64,000 nucleotides of DNA from Chthoniobacterales bacterium (GTDB lineage Bacteria; Verrucomicrobiota; Verrucomicrobiia; Chthoniobacterales; JACTMZ01), in NCBI GenBank assembly GCA_014879535.1, contig JACSRX010000089.1, positions 9,905 to 73,904 of the forward strand, in the 5' to 3' direction. The position numbers were made by a program, and so were the translations under genes. Under the pieces are notes generated by a model that was not told the DNA's origin, made no database searches, and was given only the letters and a program-made list of their open reading frames with translations. Shown here in pieces: positions 45,528 to 55,889 of this stretch (position 1 is its first letter; every line of letters begins with the position of its first letter).

Positions 45528-46344
45528 TCAACAGGCAGCCTTCCTGGGACGCACCACAACATAGGCGTCCGTTCCGAACAGCGGACTCAGGCGGAACAGC
45601 AGCTTTCTCGCCAGGCGGAACGGGAGGTAGGACGGCCGGTATTGGTGCCCGTAGAATCCCTGCACCCCTCCATGCTGCAGAACTTCAAATCCGTTCTTCT
45701 CAAACAGCAACCTCAGCTCCTTCCGCGTGTATTCGCGCCAGTGCAGACCGTGGAAGACATGCTTGCCGTTGGACAGATAATCCGCCGTGTCGCACAGCGC
45801 GTCGATTTCCCTCTCCTGCATGTTCCCGAAATACAGACGACGGACGCTGTAGATCCGAGGCGCGGTCCGGGACGATGACGATGATCCGCGCATCAGGCTT
45901 TGCGATCCTTCCCAGTTCCTTCACGAAGGGAACAGGATTGAACGAAAAATGCTCCATCGTTTCCCAGCACAGGATCGTGTCGAACAGGTCGTCTTCGTAG
46001 GGCAACCGGCGGCTCGCCCCCCGCGGGAAGCCGAAGAGCTCGTTGAGATCCGTGAAATTCGCCGCGATTCCCCGCCGTTCATACATTTTCACCAAAGGGT
46101 CCGCCGCAGGGTCATCGCCTTCCAACACAGACACCGAGCTTGAATTCGGTTGCAAAAGGAACGGCGTGAGGCTGAAAAACGGGCCGATATCGAGAAGGTT
46201 CCCGAGCGGCTTGAAGAGGTCGAAGCGGACAAGCCACTCATGCACCCGGTTGCTGTGCATGTCGAAATAGCCGTCGCCCCGGCCGTCCCCGAAGGCTTCG
46301 CGCAGAAGGTTGTCGCAAATGCTTCGGTATTCGTGGAACGTCAT
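45528..46344 (-). pseudogene. Class I SAM-dependent methyltransferase interrupted by a single frameshift
   Basis: ORF 45700..46380 reads ...FDTILCWETMEHFSFNPVPFVKELGRIAKPDARIIVIVPDRA, then degenerates. ORF 45528..45893, in another frame, continues sensibly from APRIYSVRRLYFGNMQER...HWREYTRKELRLLFEKNGFEV. The junction is near 45855-45870. Confidence 0.65.
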
Positions 46345-46475
46345 GGTTCGCCGGACCGGAGATAAGCTCACAGGGTGCAAGCATTACAAGCTCTTATGCG
46401 GACAATCCCGAAGGGCGGCCTCGTGAAGTTTGTTGTCGCGGGCGGGGCACCATCGGGCTTTGCTACCCGCCGGCT

Positions 46476-49256
46476 ATGAACGACGGGCAAAAGCTGGAGT
46501 TGGCATCCCTCAAGGAGGCGCAAAAGGAACTCAAGCTGCGTCTCGAGGCTCTGGACCGGCGGATCGAGAAATTCTCCCAAAGCACGGAGCTTTCCGCCCG
46601 TGTCAAATCCACAACCCGGACCGAACTTCCTCCCGCCAGGCCGTCAGGTGCTCCTCCGGCCCTTCCCGTTTTCCCGGCCTTCAAGGCAAAGCCCTCCGAA
46701 CCCACGCCGCCTCCACCGCCACCCCCGGGTGCACCATCCCAGCCTGCCCCCAAAGCCCCCGAACCCACCGGGGATTCCCTCGAACTGCGTCTCGGCCGCG
46801 TCTGGCTCGTGCGTCTGGGCATCCTCATCCTGCTCACCGGCCTTGTTTTTCTCGGCAACTTCGCATGGCAGGAGTTCGTCGGGAAACTGGGCCCCCTCGG
46901 AAAGCTCGTCCTGATCTATCTCGCAGGGGGCGCATTGGCCGGTGCCGGATGGTTTCTCAAACGGAAAAAGGAGGAGCTCAACCGATACGGCAGCGTGCTG
47001 GTCGGCGGAGGCATTGCGACGGTTTATTACGCCACCTACGCGGCCCATTTCGTCTCCGCGCTCCGGGTGATCGAGAGTCCCTTGGTGGGGGGGACCCTGC
47101 TGATGGCGCTTGCAGGCGCGATCCTCTGGCTGTCGGATCGCATGCGCTCGCAAGCCACGGCTTCGGCAACCGTGATCCTCGGATTTTACACTTCCGCCAT
47201 CAATCCGATCGGGGCCTTTTCCCTTTTCAGCAATCTGCTGCTGGCCATCGTGGCCATTGTCTTGCTGCTCCGCCGCCGCTGGACGACGGTTTCCTTCCTC
47301 GGGCTTGCCGGATCTTACCTCGCGTTCGCCTTCTGGCGGTTCCATGTGACGGGATTGATCGGGGCCTTGGTGGTGGACGATACAGGGCTGTTCTGGACCG
47401 CACTCCTCTTCCCCGCCTGCTATTGGGTGGTATTCACCACCGCCACGATGCTGGATCGCGGGGGAGCCCTGTCACCGGTTGAACGTCCTGTGTTCCTGAC
47501 CGTGAACAATGGCGCGTTCTTCGCGTTGTCGGCCCCGGTCGTGGCGGGAACGCATCCGGATCAGCTGTGGCTGTTCACCGTGATTTACGGGACGGTGTTG
47601 ATCGGTCTCGCAGCGCTTTCGGCGCGGATTCATTCGCGGGAAACCGCCACGGATGGATCCTACCTTTCGCAGGGACTCGCCCTGCTCTCCTTGGGATTTC
47701 TTTTCAAGTTCAGCGGCTATCAGCTTGCGTTGGTTTTTGCGTTCCAAACCACCGCGCTTCTCAAGCTCTCCCGATCCCGGCAACGGATCATCTTCCAACT
47801 TTTCTCCGGCATCAGCGCGGTCATCGCCTCCGGATATGCCTTGGCAGACCTCATGAACGACGCCCCCCGCGCTTCCCTCACGGGGGCCGCAGTCGCCGTC
47901 CTCATGATCGCGACCACGTGGTTGTTCAAGCACCAGCGCGCCCTGTTCACCCCGCTGTCATTCCAATGGCGTGCCGCGGGCTACGTCGCCTTGGGCACCA
48001 TGCTGGCACTGGCCGTCATCCAATCCGGCGAACCGACCGTTCTGGCATTCGCCGTCCTTGGACTTGCCATGACCGCCTCGCTCCCCGTGCTGCGCATGCC
48101 CGAAGTCGTCCTCGGCGGACAATTCGCAACGGCTGCGGCGTTCCTCACGTGGTTTGCACGACCCTTCGAGTCGTATTCCGAGGGAGCGCCGTATGCGATC
48201 GCGGCGTTCACGGCGCTGGCGCTGGTGCATTGGTGGGCGCGCCGGGATTCCGCGATGCCGGAGTCCTGCGGGAAAGGGTTCTGGACATGGTTCCACTCCG
48301 TCACCCTCGTCGTCATCACCTTCATGTGGGAACTGGTGAGACTTCAGGATTCCAACGACCGGATGCCTTTGGTCTTCGCGTGCTGGGGATTGGGTTTCCT
48401 GACCTATGGATTCCTGAGCCGCATTTGGCCGCTGGCCATCGCGGGGCAACTCTTTGCGGGGGCCGCGGCCATCACCGTTTTCCCAGCGATGCGGGAGCAT
48501 GAATCGTGGGGTCTCATCGTTGCCGCCTTGCTGGTCTTTGCATGCCAGCCCCTCATGGCCTCCCTTCTGAGAAGGCGGCTTCCCGAATCCACGGAGCATT
48601 ATCTTCTCGTTTACCGGCTTGTCGTGAACGCCATCGCGGTGTTGATCGCGATCTCCATCATCAAGACCTACGTCCCCATCGAATGGGAGTTCATCGCCCT
48701 GATCTCCTTCGCCTTCGCGCTGTTCCTTGCGGCTGCCGCGATGCAGCGGCAGATCATCCTTTTGTATGCAGCCGCCCCCTTCGTCGTGGCCGCCGTCGAA
48801 TTCCTGATGAAAACCGCGGAGCGTCCGGTCTTTCTGCCGGATTTCGCGGGCGCCCTCCTGGTTCTCGCCGCGCAGGTTCTTGGAAGGAAGCGCTTGGCGG
48901 GCCAGTCCTTGTTCGGACCGCCCGTGCAATGCGCCTTGGCCATCCTCGGCATCTCGGCTTTGTGGGTTCTTAGCGGACGCTTCGCCGTCTCCCTGCACGA
49001 CGGGTTCCTGCTCACCATCTCCTGGTCCCTGCTCGCGTTCCTCGTGCTCGGAGCAGGCTTCCTGCTCAAGGAGCGCGTTTACAGGATCTACGGGCTGGTC
49101 ATCCTCGCGTCCGCCGTCGGCCGCATCTTCCTCGTGGATGTCTGGGGGCTGGAGACGATCTACAGGATCCTCAGCTTCCTCATCCTCGGCGTCGTCCTGC
49201 TCGCCCTCGGCTTCCTCTACAACCACTTCGCCACGGCGCTCCGGAAGTGGCTTTGA
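46476..49256 (+). CDS. DUF2339-like giant polytopic membrane protein
   Basis: 926-aa ORF with an N-terminal coiled coil (LKEAQKELKLRLEALDRRIEKF), a Pro-rich linker, then more than 20 hydrophobic helices. Confidence 0.75.
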   Translation: MNDGQKLELASLKEAQKELKLRLEALDRRIEKFSQSTELSARVKSTTRTELPPARPSGAPPALPVFPAFKAKPSEPTPPPPPPPGAPSQPAPKAPEPTGDSLELRLGRVWLVRLGILILLTGLVFLGNFAWQEFVGKLGPLGKLVLIYLAGGALAGAGWFLKRKKEELNRYGSVLVGGGIATVYYATYAAHFVSALRVIESPLVGGTLLMALAGAILWLSDRMRSQATASATVILGFYTSAINPIGAFSLFSNLLLAIVAIVLLLRRRWTTVSFLGLAGSYLAFAFWRFHVTGLIGALVVDDTGLFWTALLFPACYWVVFTTATMLDRGGALSPVERPVFLTVNNGAFFALSAPVVAGTHPDQLWLFTVIYGTVLIGLAALSARIHSRETATDGSYLSQGLALLSLGFLFKFSGYQLALVFAFQTTALLKLSRSRQRIIFQLFSGISAVIASGYALADLMNDAPRASLTGAAVAVLMIATTWLFKHQRALFTPLSFQWRAAGYVALGTMLALAVIQSGEPTVLAFAVLGLAMTASLPVLRMPEVVLGGQFATAAAFLTWFARPFESYSEGAPYAIAAFTALALVHWWARRDSAMPESCGKGFWTWFHSVTLVVITFMWELVRLQDSNDRMPLVFACWGLGFLTYGFLSRIWPLAIAGQLFAGAAAITVFPAMREHESWGLIVAALLVFACQPLMASLLRRRLPESTEHYLLVYRLVVNAIAVLIAISIIKTYVPIEWEFIALISFAFALFLAAAAMQRQIILLYAAAPFVVAAVEFLMKTAERPVFLPDFAGALLVLAAQVLGRKRLAGQSLFGPPVQCALAILGISALWVLSGRFAVSLHDGFLLTISWSLLAFLVLGAGFLLKERVYRIYGLVILASAVGRIFLVDVWGLETIYRILSFLILGVVLLALGFLYNHFATALRKWL

Positions 49257-49273
49257 TACGGCTGGGGATTAAG

Positions 49274-50140
49274 TCACTCCCGAACGAAACGGAAAAAGGC
49301 GTTGGCGGTGTGCTCCGTGTCGGAAGCGACCTGGTCGAGCGTTGCGCCGCGCAGCTCGGCGATTCTCTCGGCGGTGAGGCGTGTGTGGGCCGGTTCGCAG
49401 GTCCTGCCGCGGAAAGGCACGGGGGCGAGATATGGACAGTCGGTCTCGATCATGTAGCCGTCGGAAGCGACGGATTGCGCGGTCTGCTGGACCAAGGCCG
49501 CATTCTTGAATGTCACGATGCCGGTGAAGGACACCAGGTGGCCCATGGCGGCGATCTCGGCAGCATCCTCCGGCGAGCCGCCGAAACAGTGGAACACCGC
49601 GCGCAGCTTTCCTGCGTGGGGGCGCAGAATGTCGAGTGTGTCCTGCCAAGCCTCCCGCTGGTGGACAATGACATTCAATCCCAGTTCGATGGCGAGATCG
49701 ATCTGGGCCCGGAAGGCCTCCTCCTGCGCCGTCTTCATGGCGCCGTCGGCAATCGCCGCCTCGGTCGCCTCGGCGGTGCCGGCCTGCAGGGTGCTGAAGA
49801 CGGACTCGACTTTCCGATCCGTCAGCGCGCGCCCCGGCAAATGATGGTAATCCATCCCCGTCTCGCCGATCGCCACGACCTTCGGATGCCGCGCAAGGGC
49901 CGGAAGCCGCCCGAGGAACTCCATGGCGCCGGGTTCCATCACCGAACACGGATGCAGCCCGACCGCGGCGAAAACATTGTCGTATTTCTCCGCAAGCCCG
50001 ACCGAACGCCGGCAACTTTCGGCATCGATCCCGATGGTGATCACCCGGTGCACCCCCGCGGCGCGGGCACGATCCAGAATGGCCTCGATGTGGCCGTCGA
50101 ACTCGGGGAAGTCGAGGTGGGCGTGGGTGTCGGTGAGCAC
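49274..50140 (-). CDS. tatD: TatD family metal-dependent hydrolase
   Basis: 288-aa ORF with MLTDTHAHLDF, AIGETGMDY, VIVHQREA and ETDCPYL. Confidence 0.9.
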   Translation of the reverse strand: MLTDTHAHLDFPEFDGHIEAILDRARAAGVHRVITIGIDAESCRRSVGLAEKYDNVFAAVGLHPCSVMEPGAMEFLGRLPALARHPKVVAIGETGMDYHHLPGRALTDRKVESVFSTLQAGTAEATEAAIADGAMKTAQEEAFRAQIDLAIELGLNVIVHQREAWQDTLDILRPHAGKLRAVFHCFGGSPEDAAEIAAMGHLVSFTGIVTFKNAALVQQTAQSVASDGYMIETDCPYLAPVPFRGRTCEPAHTRLTAERIAELRGATLDQVASDTEHTANAFFRFVRE

Positions 50141-50141
50141 G

Positions 50142-51149
50142 CTACCAGCGCACCACGGATGAGGCCCATGTCAAGCCTCCCCCGAACACGACCATGAGGA
50201 TGTGGTCGCCGCGCTTCACACGCCCGCTGCGCTGCGCCTCGTCGAGCGCAATGGCCACGGCGGCGGCGGACGTGTTGCCGTATTCGGTGAGGTTCACGAA
50301 AAAGCGGTCCATCGACACCTGGAGCTTCTGGGCGATGGTCTCGATGATCCGGAGGTTGGCTTGGTGCGGAATGAAGCAGGAAATGTCGTCGGGGGTCAGC
50401 CCGGCCCGGTCGATGGCCTCGCGCGCGGCGGACATCATCGTCTGCACGGCGTGGCGGTAAACCTCGCGTCCGGCCATCTTCATGGTGTTGAGCTTTGCGC
50501 CCAGGTTCTCCGCGGTGAGAGGCAGGCGCGAGCCACCCCCGGGCACGTTGAGAATCTCATCAAGGTTGCCATTGCTTCCCGAATAGGCGGAAAGGATCTC
50601 GCTGCTGTCTTCCGTGGCTGGCTGCAGCACGGCGGCGCCGGCGCCGTCGCCGAAGAGCACACAGGTGTTGCGATCCGTCCAGTCGATGATGCCGCTGAGC
50701 TTGTCCGCCCCGATGACCAGGGCCTTCTGGGCCGCACCGGATGCGATGAACTGGCGCGCCAGCTCCATGCCGTAAAGGAAGCCCGCGCAGGCGGCCGAGA
50801 CATCGAAGCAGGTGGCCTTGGGCGCGCCGATGGCCTTCTGCACGAAGCATGCCGTGGCAGGAAAAGCCATGTCCGGCGTGACCGTCGCCACGATGATCAG
50901 GTCGAGATCGGCCGCTGCCACGCCCGCGTTTTCCAGGGCATCAAGGGCGGCCCTGACCGCAAGGTCGCTGGTGGCCTCGTGCTCGGCGGCGATGCGGCGC
51001 CGCTTGATCCCGGTGCGCTCGGTGATCCACTCGTCACTCGTGTCCACCATGCGCTGGAGGTCCTCGTTGGTCAGGACTTTCTCCGGCAGGTATTTCCCGG
51101 TGCCGGCAATGGCCACCGGACGTATGAGACCGCCGCTCTTCGTGCTCAT
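50142..51149 (-). CDS. fabH: Beta-ketoacyl-ACP synthase III
   Basis: 335-aa ORF with active-site Cys block FDVSAACAGFLYG, plus FIPHQANLRI and GNTSAA. Confidence 0.95.
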   Translation of the reverse strand: MSTKSGGLIRPVAIAGTGKYLPEKVLTNEDLQRMVDTSDEWITERTGIKRRRIAAEHEATSDLAVRAALDALENAGVAAADLDLIIVATVTPDMAFPATACFVQKAIGAPKATCFDVSAACAGFLYGMELARQFIASGAAQKALVIGADKLSGIIDWTDRNTCVLFGDGAGAAVLQPATEDSSEILSAYSGSNGNLDEILNVPGGGSRLPLTAENLGAKLNTMKMAGREVYRHAVQTMMSAAREAIDRAGLTPDDISCFIPHQANLRIIETIAQKLQVSMDRFFVNLTEYGNTSAAAVAIALDEAQRSGRVKRGDHILMVVFGGGLTWASSVVRW

Positions 51150-52153
51150 CGGCGGGCGTGGAATGCGGCGATCTCCTCGACGATGTGCGGGTTGATCTTT
51201 GTTTGGATGGATTCCATGGCGACTCGGATGGCGTTCTTGATCGCCTTCGGGCTGCTCGAGCCGTGGGCGATGATGCAGATTCCGTCAACGCCGAGAAGCG
51301 GGCTTCCTCCGTATTCCTCGTAGTTGGTGCGCTTCTTGATCGCCTTGAACGCGCCCTTGGCGATCAGCGCGCCGAGCATGCGGATCGGCGTGCTTTTGAG
51401 CTCGTTCTTGAGCCAGTGGAACACCGCCTCGGCGGTGGCCTCGCAGGACTTGAGGACCACGTTGCCGGTGAACCCGTCGCAAAGCACGACCTCGACCGGG
51501 TTCTGGAAAAGGTCGTGGCCCTCGATGTTGCCGCGGAAATTCAACCCGCTCGCGCGCAGGAGCTTGAAAATTTCCTTCGTGAACTCGCTTCCCTTCGCGT
51601 CCTCGCCTCCGATGGACATCAACCCGATGGCCGGATTCTTGTAGCCGAGGACGTAGCGCGAGAACACCGCACCCATGATGGCGTATTGCAGCATGTGCTC
51701 GGGACGGGCATCGGTGTTCGCTCCGGCGTCGATGAGGACGCAAAGGTTGGTCTCCGTGGGAAGAACCGCGGCGATGCCCGGACGGTCGACGCCCTCAAGT
51801 GTGCGCAGTTTGATCGTGGTCGCGGCAACCGCAGCCCCGGTGTGGCCGGCGCTCACCACGGCATCGGCATCGCGCCGCTTGACGAGATCCACCGCCCGGG
51901 AAATCGAGGAGTCTTTCTTGCGGCGCACTGCATCAACCGCAGTCTCGGACATCTCCACGACCTGGGTGGTGTGGACGATCTCGATGCGCGGGTCGTGGCA
52001 GCTGTGCTTGTCGAGCTCGGCCCGGATGGCCGCCTCGTCGCCGACGAGGTAGAGCTTGTCGAGGGCCGGGAACTCCCGGATGGCGAGGACCGCCCCCGCG
52101 ACGGAACTCTGCGGGGCGTAGTCGCCGCCCATGGCATCGAGCGCAACCCTCAT
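51146..52153 (-). CDS. plsX: Phosphate acyltransferase PlsX
   Basis: Started at ATG 52153 (MRVALDAMGGDYAP) inside ORF 51146..52483. Its stop overlaps the fabH start. Confidence 0.9.
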   Translation of the reverse strand: MRVALDAMGGDYAPQSSVAGAVLAIREFPALDKLYLVGDEAAIRAELDKHSCHDPRIEIVHTTQVVEMSETAVDAVRRKKDSSISRAVDLVKRRDADAVVSAGHTGAAVAATTIKLRTLEGVDRPGIAAVLPTETNLCVLIDAGANTDARPEHMLQYAIMGAVFSRYVLGYKNPAIGLMSIGGEDAKGSEFTKEIFKLLRASGLNFRGNIEGHDLFQNPVEVVLCDGFTGNVVLKSCEATAEAVFHWLKNELKSTPIRMLGALIAKGAFKAIKKRTNYEEYGGSPLLGVDGICIIAHGSSSPKAIKNAIRVAMESIQTKINPHIVEEIAAFHARR

Positions 52154-52175
52154 AGGAGTCCGGTATGAACCGGGA

Positions 52176-52358
52176 TTACGCCGCCCCGACCGAGAGCACT
52201 TGGCGGCCCTTGTAGTAGCCGCAGGCCGGGCAGGCGGTGTGGGAGGGAACCTTGGCGCCGCATTGGCCGCAGGTTCCGAGCTCGCCGGCGCGCCAGCGAT
52301 TGGCCGCCTTGCGGGTGCGCAGGCGCATTTTGGACACTTTACGTTTGGGAACTGGCAT
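52176..52358 (-). CDS. rpmF: 50S ribosomal protein L32
   Basis: 60 aa, MPVPKRKVSKMRLRTRKAANRW..CGQCG..H..CPACGYY. Confidence 0.95.
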   Translation of the reverse strand: MPVPKRKVSKMRLRTRKAANRWRAGELGTCGQCGAKVPSHTACPACGYYKGRQVLSVGAA

Positions 52359-52364
52359 AAGAAG

Positions 52365-52820
52365 TCAGCGTTGAATTTTGAGCTTATCCAACTGGTCCCA
52401 AGCAGATTCCGCGTTTTTCGGTGCTCCGCCCCCGCCGTTCTCCGGCTGCGTGAAAGGACAAGATTGGTCGGCAAGGTAATCACACCGGGGGTGGTTAGGT
52501 AAAGCCAATAAAAGCTCCTCCCTCACCCAAGGGGTGAGGTCCACCAATTCCCTCCCGTCGATCTCCACCTGCGCGGCAAACGGATCGGCCACTGCCTCGT
52601 AAACAAAGGGCCGCAGGCAGGCCACACAGGTCAATTCAACCTTCGCAGAAACCACTCCCGTGGCGAAAAGCCCCCCCCCGGAAAGCCCCACATCCAGGCT
52701 GTAGCGGACGGGACCCGCCGGCTTGGCATGGATTTCGCCGAGATCAAGGAACCCGGCGTCATCCTCACCCTCGAGGTGCAGCCCCTCGGGTGGGATTTGC
52801 TGGAGATGAACGGCGATCAT
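52365..52820 (-). CDS. yceD: YceD/DUF177 family protein
   Basis: 151 aa with CVACLRPF and LLALPNHPRCD. In the conserved position upstream of rpmF-plsX-fabH. Confidence 0.85.
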   Translation of the reverse strand: MIAVHLQQIPPEGLHLEGEDDAGFLDLGEIHAKPAGPVRYSLDVGLSGGGLFATGVVSAKVELTCVACLRPFVYEAVADPFAAQVEIDGRELVDLTPWVREELLLALPNHPRCDYLADQSCPFTQPENGGGGAPKNAESAWDQLDKLKIQR

Positions 52821-53305
52821 GGGTTTTCCCCTCCGAGTTTGCGCCGAAGGGCTTCGCGCACCGGTGCCGGAACCACGCCGGAAACATCGCCGCCCAGCCG
52901 CGCCACCTCCTTGACAATGCGACTGCTGATGTAGCTGTAGTCCTCCTTGGGCATCAGGAAGATCGTCTCCACCCCGGGCGCCAGCCGGCGGTTCATCAGG
53001 GCCATCTGGAACTCGAACTCGAAGTCCGAGACGGCCCGCAGGCCGCGGATGACCACCCCGGCCTTCTCGGCCTGCACGAAGTCCACAAGCAACCCGTCGA
53101 GTTTCTTGACCTTGAGGCGGGATTCCCCCGGCAAAGCGGCCCGCAACAATTCCAGCCGCTCCTCGATGGAAAACAGCGGATGCTTGCCCTCGCTCGGGGC
53201 GGCGGCCACCACCACCTCGTCGAAGAGGCGAAGCGCCCGCTCGATCACATCCACATGCCCGAAGGTGACCGGGTCAAAGCTTCCTGGGTAAATGGCTCGT
53301 GTCAT
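52817..53305 (-). CDS. coaD: Phosphopantetheine adenylyltransferase
   Basis: 162 aa with AIYPGSFDPVTFGHVDVIERA and ISSRIVKE. Confidence 0.95.
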   Translation of the reverse strand: MTRAIYPGSFDPVTFGHVDVIERALRLFDEVVVAAAPSEGKHPLFSIEERLELLRAALPGESRLKVKKLDGLLVDFVQAEKAGVVIRGLRAVSDFEFEFQMALMNRRLAPGVETIFLMPKEDYSYISSRIVKEVARLGGDVSGVVPAPVREALRRKLGGENP

Positions 53306-53311
53306 GGTCTG

Positions 53312-54895
53312 TCACTCCCATTCGATGGTCGCGGGCGGTTTGCTCGAAACATCATAGCAGACACGGTTGACCCCGCGCACCTCATTGATGATGCGCCCGG
53401 AAAGCTTCGCCAGCAACTCGTAAGGCAGCCTCACCCAGTCGGCCGTCATTCCGTCGCGGCTCTCCACGACCCGCAACGCCACGGTGTTCTCGAAGGTCCG
53501 CTCGTCGCCCATGACCCCCACCGAGCGCACGGGCAGCAGCACGGCGAAGGACTGCCACACGCGGTCATACCAGCCCGAGGAAACCATCTCCGCCTGCACG
53601 ATCTCGTCGGCCGCCTGGAGCACGCGCACCCGCGCCCGCGTCACCTCACCCAGAATCCGCACGGCAAGACCCGGACCGGGGAAGGGCTGGCGGTGGACGA
53701 TTTCGCGGGGCAGACCGAGCTGGAGCCCGACCTCGCGCACCTCGTCCTTGAACAACTGCCGCAACGGCTCGACCAGCTCGAACTTCATGCGCTTGGGCAG
53801 GCCGCCCACGTTGTGGTGGCTCTTGATCAACGAGGCCGGATTGCCCGCGATCGGAACACTCTCGATCACGTCGGGATAAAGCGTGCCCTGTGCGAGGAAA
53901 CGGCAGGGGCGCCCCTTCCGCCTCCGCGCGAGCGACGCGGCGGCCGCCTCGAAGACACGGATGAATTCCTGCCCGATGATCTTGCGCTTGCGCTCGGGAT
54001 CGGTGACGCCGCGCAGTTTGCCAAGGAAGCGCGCCGAGGCATCGATGATCTTCAGGTCGATGTGGAAGTGCCGCCCGAAAATCTCGCGCACCCACTCCCT
54101 CTCGCCCGCCCTCAACAGGCCGTTGTCCACGAAGATGCATGTCAACTGCCTCCCGATCGCCTTGTGCAGCAACGCGGCGGCCACCGAGGAATCCACCCCG
54201 CCGCTGAGCCCGAGCACCACGCGATCCTCCCCGACCTGCGCCCGGATTTCCGCACAAGCCCGCTCGATGAACGACCCCGGCGTCCAGTCCGGGCGGCATC
54301 CGCAGATGCCGAGGACGAAATTTTCGATGATCTCGCTCCCCCGCGGGGTGTGCGAGACCTCGGGATGGAACTGCAGCCCGTAAAACCCGCGCCTGGTGTC
54401 GGCGATGGCCGCCGCCTTGGAATTCTCCGTGGCGCCCACGGACACGAAGCCCGCGGGCAGCTTCGTGACCCGATCCCCGTGGCTGTTCCAGACATCGAGC
54501 CCGCGGGGCAGACCCGCGAAGAGCGGGGACTTCCGCGTCACGGTCAGCCGGCCCGAACCGTATTCCCTTTCCACGGAGGGCTCCACCGCCCCGCCGAGAT
54601 CGCGGGCGAGCAGTTGCATGCCGTAGCAAATCCCCAACACCGGCACCCCGAGGCGGTAAATCCCGCGGTCCACCCGCGGCGCCCCCTTCGCATAGACGCT
54701 GGCCGGACCTCCCGAAAGGATGATCCCTGCCGCCCCGCCGGTCGCCAGTTCGTCCGCCGTCGTCGTGTGCGGGAGGATTTCGGAATACACGCGGCACTCG
54801 CGCACGCGCCGGGCGATGACCTGCGTGTATTGCGAGCCGAAATCGAGGATGACGATTTTGGATTGCGCCGGGACCGGCACCCGTCGGCGGCTCAC
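53312..54895 (-). CDS. guaA: GMP synthase (glutamine-hydrolyzing)
   Basis: 527-aa ORF with GATase block [12 protein letters not shown]-PPase loop [10 protein letters not shown] and C-terminal PPATIEWE. Confidence 0.95.
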   Translation of the reverse strand: MSRRRVPVPAQSKIVILDFGSQYTQVIARRVRECRVYSEILPHTTTADELATGGAAGIILSGGPASVYAKGAPRVDRGIYRLGVPVLGICYGMQLLARDLGGAVEPSVEREYGSGRLTVTRKSPLFAGLPRGLDVWNSHGDRVTKLPAGFVSVGATENSKAAAIADTRRGFYGLQFHPEVSHTPRGSEIIENFVLGICGCRPDWTPGSFIERACAEIRAQVGEDRVVLGLSGGVDSSVAAALLHKAIGRQLTCIFVDNGLLRAGEREWVREIFGRHFHIDLKIIDASARFLGKLRGVTDPERKRKIIGQEFIRVFEAAAASLARRRKGRPCRFLAQGTLYPDVIESVPIAGNPASLIKSHHNVGGLPKRMKFELVEPLRQLFKDEVREVGLQLGLPREIVHRQPFPGPGLAVRILGEVTRARVRVLQAADEIVQAEMVSSGWYDRVWQSFAVLLPVRSVGVMGDERTFENTVALRVVESRDGMTADWVRLPYELLAKLSGRIINEVRGVNRVCYDVSSKPPATIEWE

Positions 54896-55092
54896 TGGTA
54901 ATACGAGCCGAATTGGTCGCCCGTGGGGTCTGACGAGATGAGCCGTCCCTGGCCGGTGATTCCATCCTCGAATTTTCGGGAGGCATCACTTCCCGCGTCC
55001 TCCATCGCCGTGCATGCGCTCAGCGCCAGCACCGCGACGACAAGAAAGGCCCAAGCATGGGTTGTGGCAGCCATCTTCGGATTGGTTTGCAT
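54892..55092 (-). CDS. Small lipoprotein (about 66 aa), function unknown
   Basis: Internal Met of ORF 54892..55179. Lipobox VLALSAC. Its stop overlaps the guaA GTG start (GTGA). Confidence 0.45.
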   Translation of the reverse strand: MQTNPKMAATTHAWAFLVVAVLALSACTAMEDAGSDASRKFEDGITGQGRLISSDPTGDQFGSYYQ

Positions 55093-55136
55093 GCAAAAAA
55101 TTAACGTCCGCCTCCGGCCGGGGCAAGCGGTAAGGA

Positions 55137-55889
55137 TCAGCGCGACCTCGAAAGCGCATCCACCACGCCCCTCGCCCATGCCGCACCCGCGTCATCCGAG
55201 AAATGCACGCCGTCACCCCCCGTGCCCCCCTTGCGGTAAGGCCCGGTGATCCGCCGGGAATTGATCGTCCCGAAACCGAGCGAGCGCCCCGAATCCGCGA
55301 TCCAATCCTCCACCTCCTCGTGCACCCGGGCCGGATATTTTGACGACGACGGCGGCATCACCCACACGACGTGCGGAGGGGTTCCCCGACCGCCCCGCAA
55401 CTGCCGGACGAATTCCCGGATGATGCGGCGGTAGGCCGCGCCGTCGGGATGGCTCTCGGCGGCGAGCTTCGTCATCCAGTTGGTGCCGAGCTGCACGATG
55501 ACCACCTCCGGCTGGTAGCGGCGCAGGATCTCGGGAAGCTTCGGCGTCTTCACCGGCCGCGGGCGGCGTCCGTTGGAATACTCGTAGGCCAGCGAACCGC
55601 CCGGCGTGCTCTGGCGATACCCGCAGTTCGTCGTGAAAACCGGCTCGCCTCGCAGCCAATCCTCCGGCGAGGACCCGCAGGAGGCGAAAAGGCAATACCC
55701 GCGCGGGCCGTAGCGGCGCTTCAGCGCTGCCTCCAGCGTCTTGCCGAACGGCCCGACCGAAAGCGAGTCGCCGATCACCATCACCCGCACCGGAACGGCC
55801 GCTCCGCGGACATCCGGCAGCTCGGCCCGGAGCGCCCCGGCGGTGGCAAGCGCCATCAGCCCACCCAGCGCCGTGCGGCGGATGCTCAC
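55137..55889 (-). CDS. SGNH/GDSL-type hydrolase, secreted
   Basis: GTG 55889 overlaps the upstream TGA. Product VSIRRTALGGLMALATAGALRA..VMVIGDSLSVGPFG..VVIVQLGTNW..GDGVHFS. The rest of ORF 55137..57080 is an artefactual extension. Confidence 0.7.
   Translation of the reverse strand: MSIRRTALGGLMALATAGALRAELPDVRGAAVPVRVMVIGDSLSVGPFGKTLEAALKRRYGPRGYCLFASCGSSPEDWLRGEPVFTTNCGYRQSTPGGSLAYEYSNGRRPRPVKTPKLPEILRRYQPEVVIVQLGTNWMTKLAAESHPDGAAYRRIIREFVRQLRGGRGTPPHVVWVMPPSSSKYPARVHEEVEDWIADSGRSLGFGTINSRRITGPYRKGGTGGDGVHFSDDAGAAWARGVVDALSRSR

Noticed and set aside
52790-54989. ORFs 52790..54901 (+, 703 aa) and 53646..54989 (-, 447 aa)
   Set aside because: They overlap coaD and guaA. They have no motifs and extreme Arg/Pro/Gly content.
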